Shown one piece after another: positions 1 to 10,800 of a stretch of 30,016 nt of DNA; the first letter of the stretch is position 1, and each line of letters starts with the position of its first letter. Below the pieces are notes generated by a model, which did not search any database, had not been told where the DNA came from, and saw nothing but the letters and a program-made list of their open reading frames with translations. The DNA comes from Rotaria sordida. Taxonomy: Eukaryota. The translations under genes were made by a program, and so were the position numbers. The stretch lies in the NCBI GenBank assembly GCA_905250005.1, contig CAJNOH010000403.1:82708-112723 (forward strand), given 5' to 3'.

Positions 1-191
1 TTATAGATCGAGCTACATCCTTTCTTTTCCTAACTGTATTGGTGGCTCTCTTGAAAGCACTTTCAAATGGAAGAGTGAATAGACGAGAAAAAAAAACAAC
101 AACAAATATTATTTGTCATACATTGCCACATATGTAATAGGTTTAAATCATTTAGATAATAGATTATCGGTTTTTTTTTTGTACAATCCGA

Positions 192-3100
192 ATGGTAACA
201 CTTGAAGAATTTTTTGAATCAAACATCAATTCGGATTCTGATAATGATTCAGCATTGATGGAAGATGCTCTCTCTGAAGTTATTTCATCATCAATAATAA
301 CAAATGGTTCATCATCATTGAGTGATGATGAAAATTTTTTAATTATTTCTAAAACAAAATCTGATAGAATTAAAGAACTTTTAAATAAAAAAAATAAACG
401 ACAATTAATTAAATATGCTAAAAAGACTGGTTTAATTAATATATTATATCGCAAACAGATATGGCCTTTAGTAATTCGTCCACCATCTTATTGCACAGTT
501 GAATATGATAATAATAATAAATTATATTTTTGTCCAATTAATTATTATGCAGCAGGTATTCATTTTTTTTGTATTTGAATTTTTTGTTTTAATGATAAGA
601 ATTTATATTAAAATATTAGATAAAAATCAAATTGAATCACATCGATATTATGGACAAGTTAGAATGGATGTTGAGAGAACATTAAAACGATTTCCACCGA
701 GTATAAATTTTTTAAGGAAATAAATAAATGATTTTTCTTTTTGTTTTTTTATTTATTAAAGATTATTCTGATTCTGCTAGAATTGAATTACAAGAAGAAC
801 TTATTATAACTGTTATTAAAATGTTAATTAAACATGATTATCTTAATTATTATCAAGTAAATTATTTAGACGAATAAAAATATTTATTAGATTTTAGTTT
901 TTTTTTTTTTATTATTTTTCGTAGGGTTATCATGATATTTGTTTGACATTTTTAATTGTGCTCGGTGCAGATTTGTGTCTTCCATGTATTGATACAATAA
1001 CTAAATCACATTTCAAGTAAATTTTTGTTTAACATCTATAATTAAATTAAATTATTATTTAATATTGAATTTTTTTGTATTTTGTGAAAACATCTTTAAG
1101 CATAGAATTAGATCTTTGTTGACATTAAATGAAATATATTATAATTAAAAACTTTTTATGATGAATATTTTCAATAAGAGAATGTCATATATGTAAAAGT
1201 AACTAAGTAGTATCTTATAGTTCAATTCTATAGAGATTTATAGTAATAGTTTTTATGATTTAATAAGGAAATAATTTCTTATATAGGTCAACAAAACTTT
1301 GGTCCTCAGACAAAAACCTAATGCATTGTAAATCGTATTTTATTTTTTATCAAAACACAACTTGAATACATCTTTAAATCACTCTATAGTTTGTCATGGT
1401 TTTAAACTAATGGCATAATCAAGGAAAAGGGCTAATCGAGAGAACTACCCGAACGAATACCCGCCGTTTGAACTCATGTTGTGTTCACAAAGAGATCTTG
1501 ATAAGACTAGAAGAATCCTAAAAGAGTTCATACCCATGGACCTCTAAAGATGAGTTATGATCATTTTACTGAATATTCGATTAATATCCTGCAATGGGAT
1601 GAGGTACTTGAACGCGACCCAACAATTAAGGAGATCTCAACATTTCAAAATATTTTTACTTTCTCAAACTATTAAATTTATATAAAAGCATAGGAATGAA
1701 AATCAGTTCGATCATGATTAAGCAATTTATTTTACGTGACAACTGGTCACAAGAATGAAAAGCGATATTGTTTTACTAGAAAAATTTATTTTGAATAAAA
1801 ATTCATCTGCAGATATTGATAAAGGATATGACGAAGTAATTGAACACATGAAGAGGAAAATAAATAATTATAAAAAAGATGAATATGCATTATCGTGATG
1901 GAAATAGTATTCATGTATGTATCCATAATTATGACGTTGAGTACCAACACTGAGTTCCTTTCCAACATGATCAACAACAAGCAAACGTATGCTTAACGAA
2001 ATTGATCAGATATTAGAAGCAAAAAGACACCAAGTGAATCATGAGTCATTTCCTTCTTTTGTTGTGAAATTTGAGGTGATCTCTTTTTCCGTTGCTGTTT
2101 ATGGAAGAAACTAAATAGTACACTTTTTCATATAAAATAAAAGTTTGAAAACCATACTATGATTGTAAAAGTATCTGCTAGATGTCAATTAACTCCAATC
2201 TGGATTTGGTTATGAAAAGTTGTACTCATACAGGACGCTATTTTCGATCTATCATCTTTAGGGATTTACCGAAAAATCAAATAACAGAATTTCGACCTGA
2301 AATTTTGCCCATAGATAGGTTTGATGACTCTGGAAATATCCTGAAAGTTTCAACCAAAAAGAATGTTCGTTTGTCATGATATTGAATTTTCAGGTAAAGT
2401 TGATTTTTGTGGCAAACGATCATTTTTTGGAAATTCAATATCTCGACAAAAGAATATTCTTTTCGGCTGAAATTTTCAGAGTCATCAGATCTATCTATGG
2501 GCAAACTTTTGAGTCGAAATTCTGTTACTTAATTTTTCGGTAAATACTCAGAGCTGGATCGAAAAAAAACGGTCATTATTCGGCTACAGATGCACATGGA
2601 TACAAACCTTCTTAGGATTTTTCTAGTCTTATCGAGACCTCCTTGTGAACACAATATGAGCTACAATGACGCGTATTGATTCTCTCGTAAGTCACCCTAG
2701 TTAGCCTTTGTCACCTGCTCTTCTCCTTAACACAGGCTCCTACTGTGTCGCCTCATCGCTTTAAACCTCTTAAGAAACTATGTTTTAGAAGCTGCGAACA
2801 ACTAAGTTTTGTAAGTGAAAATCAAAACTTATGTCAACCTTGAAATTTGAATTCAAGTATTGAAGATTTTGAGATATTTAATTGTGTATGCATGTATATT
2901 TCCGTGATATTCTCACTAAGATAATATCTGAACTCAATAATTGGATTCAACTGTCCGATTTAAAATATATGAAGATCAAGTACACATTTACTTCAGTCGT
3001 AGAGACAGAGTTGAAAAGTATCACACGTATACTTGTGATACAAAACATTTAGTATCAATGTCCGTTTTAGATAATCATAGTAGCAGATATTTTTCGATTT

Positions 3101-4532
3101 ATTTTACTAATAATGTATTATTTATATATATGTATGTATATATGTAGAGATTTTATGGAGCCAACAATGGAAAAAACACGAGATTTACTTTCTTATTTAA
3201 TGCCACTTATCAATTGTGTCAATAGTGAATGTGCTGAATATATGCAGAGGTAAGCAAAATAAAAAAACAATGTTATTATTAATCCTTTTCATTAAAAATA
3301 ATCTAAATTTTTTATGAGTATGAACTAACCTCTTCTTTAATTGAAAAATCGATGTTTTTTTAGAAAATATAAGTTGAAGAATTAAAATTCGAAACGAACT
3401 GAAATTTTAGAGTTTCAATTCGATTAATTTTCTCTTTCTCATGTATCAATCATCGAATATTATGAATCATCTTATTTGTAACTTGAGTGTTCACTGAACC
3501 AAGACGATTTCGATTGTTTTTAAAATCAAAAGAATATTCAATCTAATTTCAGAGGTGGTGTTGGAAATGTTATGTTTGCATTATCATGGTTTATAACATG
3601 GTACTCTCATGTATTAGATGATCTTGACATAATCCTGCGACTTTATGATTTATTTATTGTTTCACATTTTCTTATGCCAATATATGTAGCTGCTGAAGTA
3701 GATTATTTGTTTTTGTTTTTATGTTAAAAAGACATACAGATTTTTTTTGTTTATTAGATTGTTAATTTCCATGCAGATCAAATTTTATCAATTGACTGTG
3801 ATATGCCTTCATTACATCAATATTTAACACGTTTACCCAGTGAATTAGATAGTAATACTTGGGAAGAAATTATAAATAGATCATTACATCTATTTCGAAA
3901 TCATCATCCAGACACACTTGATGTATTAAATGATGAATGGATAAAAAGATGGTAAAATATTTAACTAAACTAATTTTGTTTTCTTTTATGAAGCATAATT
4001 TAAACAGAGTGTTGGAATATAGGGGTAAAAATTTGGACGTCAATCCTCATAGCTCGTGAGAGATGCTACTCAAAAACTATTACAGAAGATTTCTAAGCGG
4101 TCGAGAAATTTTAAACTAGTTCGATTCGGACCGATTACAACTTTGTATCATAGACTGTGATAGATGTTTATAATTAACAAGAGTAGCTACATCGTATTGA
4201 ATATTTTAATCCGACAGGAATTGCACTAAGATCTTGTTTGTTTTAAATAAAATTGTTTGGTTTTTAGTGAATTTATTGAAAAATTACCTATGGAAACATC
4301 TATTCGACGACGATATGGTAAAGATTCATTGGAAAATGACAATAATAGAGAAACATCTTCGAATATAAATGATCGAAACGAACAGCAAGGTGCATTACCA
4401 CGTATTGTTCTTTGGGGTGTGACACTGACGATAAGTGGTTTAGCTATTTATATATGGAATCATACACAACGAACAGATCCAACGACAATTATTAGTCTTG
4501 GAGATTTTCTTGCGCAATTATATGGAAAATAA
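192..4532 (+). CDS. TBC1D20: TBC1 domain family member 20-like Rab GTPase-activating protein (8 exons; 445 aa)
   Basis: Exons joined by hand at GT/AG sites: 192..555, 620..700, 762..856, 925..1016, 3148..3249, 3553..3697, 3758..3951, 4268..4532 (stop TAA 4530..4532). Total 1338 nt, in frame, no internal stops. The encoded TBC/RabGAP signature motifs are an arginine finger YYGQVRMDVERTLKRFPP and a glutamine finger LNYYQGYHDICLTFLIVLG. Later exons read DFMEPTMEKTRDLLSYLMPLINCVNSECAEYMQ, GGVGNVMFALSWFITWYSHVL and MPIYVAAEIVNFHADQILSIDCDM. These are collinear with my memory of human TBC1D20, including a C-terminal exon with a single TM helix (ALPRIVLWGVTLTISGLAIYIW), as in the TM-anchored TBC1D20. 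Family assignment is from motif recall, not a database search. Confidence 0.85.
1431..1560 (+). repeat. Partial copy (one arm) of the same foldback-element family as 7336..7881
   Basis: gttgtgttcacaaagagatcttgataagactagaagaatcctaa...cccatggacc shares motifs (taagactagaXgaaXcctaa, ccatgga) with 7360..7410. It is locally GC-richer than its surroundings. A second, inverted copy lies at 2590..2710. Confidence 0.5.
2264..2545. repeat. Foldback / long inverted repeat (~280 bp hairpin)
   Basis: atttaccgaaaaatcaaataacagaatttcgacctgaaattttgcccatagataggtttgatgactc (2264..) pairs with gagtcatcagatctatctatgggcaaacttttgagtcgaaattctgttacttaatttttcggtaaat (..2545). The inner parts also pair (..attgaattttcag.. 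with ..ctgaaaatttcagcc..). The mirrored tool ORFs 2182..2379(+) and 2277..2504(-) are an artefact of this symmetry. Confidence 0.7.
2590..2710 (-). repeat. Inverted partial copy of the foldback-element family (pairs with 1431..1560)
   Basis: ttaggatttttctagtcttatcgagacctccttgtgaacacaatatgagc is the reverse complement of gctcatattgtgttcacaaggaggtctcgataagactagaaaaatcctaa, which is about 85% identical to 1477..1525. Confidence 0.55.
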
Positions 4533-4896
4533 TTCAGCTTGGCTTACTTTGTTTTTTATTTTCTGTTTTCATTCCCGGACTCTAGTCGCTCTGTTATATG
4601 TGAAAACTATTTTCTTGCTTCATGTGTACATAGTGTTATTTAAAAAAAATTTAAGAAACAATATTAATCGATCTATTCTTTTGTTAATATTGGATAACAA
4701 CTATTTTCTTTTGTCGCTGTCTTAATTTTATATGCATTTAATGGAAATTTTCTTTTTTTTTTTGTTTATTTAACCTCTATTTTTCTTTGTTGTTGTTAGG
4801 TCTTGCACATTGAGCCAAGAAAAATAATTAACAAAAATTATTTCTTTCTAGATGAATCTCATCTGATCTGATTTATTCATTTTCGTGTTGAAATTA

Positions 4897-7800
4897 ATGG
4901 ATACAGTGGATACTCCAAACGAAATTATTCGTGAAGAACAATCAATTGAGTTAAAAGCCGAGGATTCAACACAGAATGAATCAACAAACGGTACTTCAAA
5001 TTTAGATAAAACTGGTGAGATTTTATTTATTTATTAAAAATATGTTTTATTCTATTATTTCGATACATTTGAAGTTAGAAATGTCATAATAATAGAATTA
5101 ACATTAGCATTTATTAATGTCAAAATTAATAGTTTGATATTATTTGCATTAGGATTAATTAATGTCAAGTTGTTAGCATTAAATTAGCATTATTTTTTTA
5201 TTCTAATACATAAATTATCGACGACTAATTAGATCTCGGACATTCTAAGCTCAGAAGTTTCCAAAACTGAACAATTTTGTTCTATTATCGGAAACTCTCG
5301 ACCATGTACTACTTTTATAGGTATAGTTGAAGCCACATATGTATTAGAATTAAAAATAATGCTAAGTTAATCTTAACAGCCTGACATTAATTAATTCTAA
5401 TGTAAATAATAGCAAAGCATTAAGGTCAATTTTAATTAGGTTCGAACTGATCTAAGTCTGTTATCTCAATATTTCTGAAATGTCGACTCCTTTGTTATAT
5501 GGAAGGTGATTGTGATATTTCAGAAATTTTCAGATAACAAAGTTAGATTAATTCGAACTTAAAAACAAATATCATCATTCGACTCAATACGGTTAATAAT
5601 CCCTTTCTAGCTGCTTTTCCGAATCATTAAGATCAATTGACTCAAATCGAGGGTCTCAGGAAAAAGCTTATAACTCTCAAACGAAATAACCTAGGAATGT
5701 CAACCTTGCGTAGATCGAAAGAAAAGAAATTTTTCTATCTATTAGTTCTATTAAAAGTCTAAATCGAAAGCGCAATAGTTTCGGAATATCGTTTTCAATC
5801 AATCTCTACCAAGAACTCTTCTGATTAGTCCACTGCTGACCAATCAAATTTCGATAGACTTCGATGATCCCAGGTCTTCTCTTGTGAATGATGAAAACTT
5901 CAGGTCTCTATAATGTTTCTATCAAAAGTTATTGAAAAAAAAACATGAACAGATCTCATCTCTGATTGAATGCTGAAATCCAATAGTGACACATAACACC
6001 TGCTTTCTATCAATATCATTGAATAATTTAATAAATCTATTTTTTAATTATTTTTTCTTTAGAAACTATTCCATCCGATGTTCCAGCAAATTCTGAACAA
6101 ATAGAAATAGCTCGTCTTTCATCTGTAATCACTACGCAAACAAATGAAAAAGCTGATCTGAATGCACGTCTTATTGCATGCCAACAACATTATGAAACAC
6201 TGCTAAGTCGTCAAAAAGAAGAATATTCACGTGAAAAACAATCAACTGTTATGCGTTATGCTCAAGCTGAAAAAGCCAAATTAGATTCGGATAAACGTTG
6301 TGAAATTTTAGCAACAAAAAATCATGATTTATCAAAAGAAAAAGATAATTTACAAACAAAATTATCAGAATTTAAATTAATGAATACTAAATTACAACAA
6401 GCTTATGAAAATAAATTAACTGAATTAACAACAACAAAAAAAGAATTAGAAAAAATTAGAGAAGTAAATCAATCAATTGATGCTACTTTGAAATCAACAT
6501 TAAATCATTTAAAAGGAGAATCATTACAATTAAAAGAACAACGAGAATTAAATGAAAGATTAAAAAAAGATTTGAATGAACAACATGAACTTAATGAACA
6601 ATTAAATTTACAATGTAAACAACTCACAGAAGGTAACTAAAAGAATATATTATTAGGAAATCTAGAATTTGAGTGACATTCCTTGAGTCGTTGAATAAGA
6701 AATACAAAGTTTCATGAGATTAGGAAGAGAAAGAGTGAAATTTCTGGTTGGTTGATTATAAGACTACTCTACCTTGTTTCTGATCGAAATATTAATATCA
6801 AGTAGGTTATATGACCGACAAGATCTAAGTATCCTTTTCAATTAAAGACGAGATTCGAGCAACATTGCACTACAATTTATCAGTGGATCCCTTCTATACA
6901 ACTAATTTGTGACATTTCTGGTTGGATTGGAAATTTGACCAACAATCATTGTCCATTTAAATTTGTTTAAGTATCGTTTTTTAGCTATTTCAAAAAATCT
7001 TTTACATATATTGGATGGAAGTTGCAATAAAACTTTTCTCAAAATATCGTGAAAATATTTTTGAAAAATTATTTCCTAAAGTACGAGTCTCATCATTTAT
7101 TTCCTTCTTGTTATATTAAAAATGCGAATTCGATTCATTTTATTCTAATGAAAGACTATTCTCAAACAATGAATCCTCAAATAAGATCTTGTTGATTCCC
7201 TGATCAGCTGTTTTTTCTTTCTGTTGAAAATCAAACCCTTAAGAATATTCACGATGTACTCTGTTATTCTATGTCCATGTTTATGACAAGTTCTACTCAC
7301 TAGAAAAACCATCTTCTATGATCCAGAGCTTTTGTGCTGATATTTTTCTCATAGGTAGGACTCAGTAAGACTAGATGAAGCCTAATAAGATAACGGTCCA
7401 TGGAACTTTTTTCCCGAGTTATGAGCATTTTACTAGGTTTACGACTTATTACAAGAGATTTACTGAAAACTCAAAGTATAGAGTGTCGATCTGAAATTTT
7501 TCTCATACATAAATCTCATGACTTTTATAGCGGCCTAAATATCACAACCAAAACGAGTGCTTCTTTCTTGAAACAATGTGTTTTCATGAAAAGTCGATTT
7601 TCATGACATATGGTATGATGAGAGTGTTCCTTGAAGATCCGATGCCTCGAGAAAGAAGCACTCATTTTGATTGTGATACTTCAGTCGTTATAAAGATTAT
7701 GGAATCTATATGAAGGAAAATTTGAGATCGAAACTCTATACTTTAAGTCTTCAGTAATCTCTTGTAATAAGTAATAAACTCAATAAAAGACTCATAACTC

Positions 7801-10800
7801 GAAAAGAAAGATCTATGGGCGATTATCTTAGTAGACCTTTTCTAGTCTTAGTAGGTCCTATTTATGAGAAAAATATCAGTGCAGAAACTCAGAATCACTT
7901 GGAACGGTTCCCTCGTCAGTCATTTTTTTATTCATGTGATCCCCCGCTAGTAATATATACCTGCCATATAAGCTGCACTCACTGAACACTTCGATAATCG
8001 ATCATTTCTAGTTAAATGGAAGTAAACTTTTTACATGATGAAATCTATTGATCAATCATTCATTTCAGAAAGTTTTCCTTTCAACATAATTTCGTTCAGC
8101 TGACAAGAAAAACGGTTTCTGCGTACATGCAGCTTTTCCCAATCGTACAGAATCTACCTATGTGTGCCAATATGAGCTGGTGAAATCTTTTTTGTTTAGG
8201 AATTCCAATTAAGAAAAGTTTTCCTTGTAGCCAATAAAAGTAAAAGCTCTGTATACGACCTCTGTGATTTACGTATAGATAGAAAGTATCGAAACAACTT
8301 CTTGTTTTTTTAATAAATATATAATCTGTTAGTTTTTGGAGTGGAAACTGTTTATAATACTTGATGATTAATAAATATTACCTTTTTATATGAAGTAAAT
8401 CGATTTCTCTTTCACTTTCTTCGAATATACGAATGAAAAAAGAGAATCCGCCTTTTCCTTTATTTTGATAGTAGGATAAATTTTTCGCTCTAGCAGCAGA
8501 TTCTGCATCTCTGCGAGTCGCATAGATATATTCGTTCTGATTTTGAGAGTAAAGTAAATACAAGTAAAACAAAAAACGCACTCTGAGGTGAGCATAACCT
8601 AAATAAACTCAGAATTTAAGTGTTTGCCACATGTCAAGACGGAAGCTTTCAGGATAAGATTTTGAAGTAGCGAGTTAGCTGACCTCGTTACTTCTCACAT
8701 CCTCATACTCCGCTTCAAACCTATCTTCCATCTAACCCTTCACCCCCTCACCTTCGCTGTCATATATATTGTGATACATGTACACTCATAACTATATGTA
8801 TTGAGTCTAAAAACCTAGAATTTGAGATTTTTCTATTATGTGTTGTATGATTATGTTAGTACAAGTATGATTGATGAAAACATGCACTAGTAAATGACAG
8901 TACAAATTATATTTGTATTTACGCATCTTAGGCCAATGAAAATTGTTCGATGCGAAAAATAGTCAAAAAATTTAGAATAAGAGAACAAAAGCTTTCAGCT
9001 GCACCAGAAATAAAAGAATGTCAGTTCATGAATTATCTGTAGACCTTCTAATTGTGTAGTAGCACCAAAAGTACAGTGGACGCCGATCATTTTCCAGGAT
9101 ATTTTTAAACGACAGAAAAAGTCCTGGACTCGGGTTTGAAAATCTTGAATCTGATGAGCTCTAGTCATCCAAGAAATGTATAGGATGTGCTAATCATCGA
9201 ATACAAAACGCCGGAAAAAAAAGTTTCGTATCTTCGGGACAACTATTCAATTCCTCTCAGAAAATTTCATTGAGAGTATCAAAGCACGATTTGACCGAGT
9301 TCGAAAATTTTGGACTCGACAGGCTCTAATTATCAGCGATCAATTTTCGCTTCCCCCATATCTTAGACTTCGTCTGTTGTTAATAGAGATAATAAGTTCA
9401 TTATTATATATATATAAAGAATTGGTTTGTTTTAGCTGCTCAAGCAATACCAACTGATGATGAACGTGCACAAGCATTTGATACATTAACTCATGAACAT
9501 AATGCTCTTAGAATAAAATTAACAAATATTCAAGATGAAAATAAATTATTTCGTGAAAAACTTAAATCATCTGATGAAGATCGTTTAGCATTAGAAAATG
9601 TTATTGAAAATTTTCGTCAAAATACTTTACGTGAAAAAGAATCAACAAAAAAATTATATGATGATTTATTAGCTGCACGTGGACAAGATTCTGTTGAAAT
9701 ATCACGATTAAGACAAATTGAACAACTTTATAATCAAACATTAGCTGATAATGCAGATTTAAGACAATTACTTGAAAAAGAACATCAATTACTTGAATTA
9801 ACACAAAAATTAACAGAAAAAAATTCTATTTTACAAAGTGATTATGAACAACTTCAAATATTATGTAAACAAACATCTGTAGATTTTGAAAATTTAAAAA
9901 AAATTAATGAAGAACAAAAAAATCAAATATTAAAATTAGAAAATATTGAAAAATCCTTAAGAGATCAATTAAAAGAATTAGATGAAAAATATCAAACATT
10001 AAATAAATCATATGAACACAGTGTTAAACAATATGATGATAGTCTTATTGAAATTCAAACATTGAAAAAGAAACATCAAGCTAATACAAAAGATTTAATT
10101 AAACAATTACAACAATTACAAAAGCCAAAACTTACAAACCATAATCATGAACAATTACCTATTCCACTTACTAGGTAAACAATTCTTTTTTTTCAAATTG
10201 TAATTAAAGACAACCAAATCTATTCAATTTTTCTATAAAAATTTATTTCTTAAATATTTTAATTGATCAACACATCATCTATACATTTTGAAAGATCAAA
10301 GTTATTTTATTTCAATGTAAAATATCGTTCATTATATTTTATTTGAATCTTTATACATTCCTATATACTTGAACAATCCAGAGATATTGATCGATGCTGA
10401 AAATCTATTGCTGTCGTGATGAGATTCAAAACAAAATTTTTCAAATCTCATTGATGTGACTATACTGAACATTAAATTCTTGCTGCTAATCGATGAGATT
10501 CCTCGAATGTCAGAGTGTTACATTTCTGGATATTAAAATTCCGTACGAATAGCCGCCCCGATCAACATCTCTGAAAGCGTTGTATGTGTTGACTGAATTC
10601 AATAGAAGTTTTTAAAGCTATACTATTCACTAAATGAATTGTATTTCAGAAAGAGTTAAGGTAAAATCTATCACTAATAATCTGATATAAAATTCAATCG
10701 TTCGAATGAATCATATTATTTTTTCGAAAGGTTATAAAAGTATTTAATCACAGATTACCTATTGAAAAACACGGTAAATACAATAGGGCGAATCGTTTAT

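Noticed and set aside
164-454. 96-aa minus-strand ORF overlapping TBC1D20 exon 1
   Set aside because: It is an antisense shadow ORF of a well-supported coding exon, with a low-complexity translation.
2182-2504. Pair of overlapping opposite-strand ORFs encoding similar peptides
   Set aside because: It is an artefact of the 2264..2545 palindrome, with no splice context or homology.
5436-5452. GGTTCGAAC motif resembling a tRNA T-arm / box B
   Set aside because: There is no upstream box A, acceptor stem or anticodon arm. It is the end of a palindromic repeat, not a tRNA gene.
9140-9180. CTGATGA...GAAA string (aatCTGATGAgctctagtcatccaaGAAAtg) that superficially resembles a hammerhead ribozyme core, as found in some flatworm SINEs
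   Set aside because: There is no complementary helix II between CUGAUGA and GAAA, and no helix I/III partners. It does not fold into a hammerhead.
9601-9804. 67-aa minus-strand ORF
   Set aside because: It lies antisense to exon 3 of the coiled-coil gene. Leu/Ile/Phe-rich translation is typical of the antisense of K/E/Q-rich coiled-coil codons.
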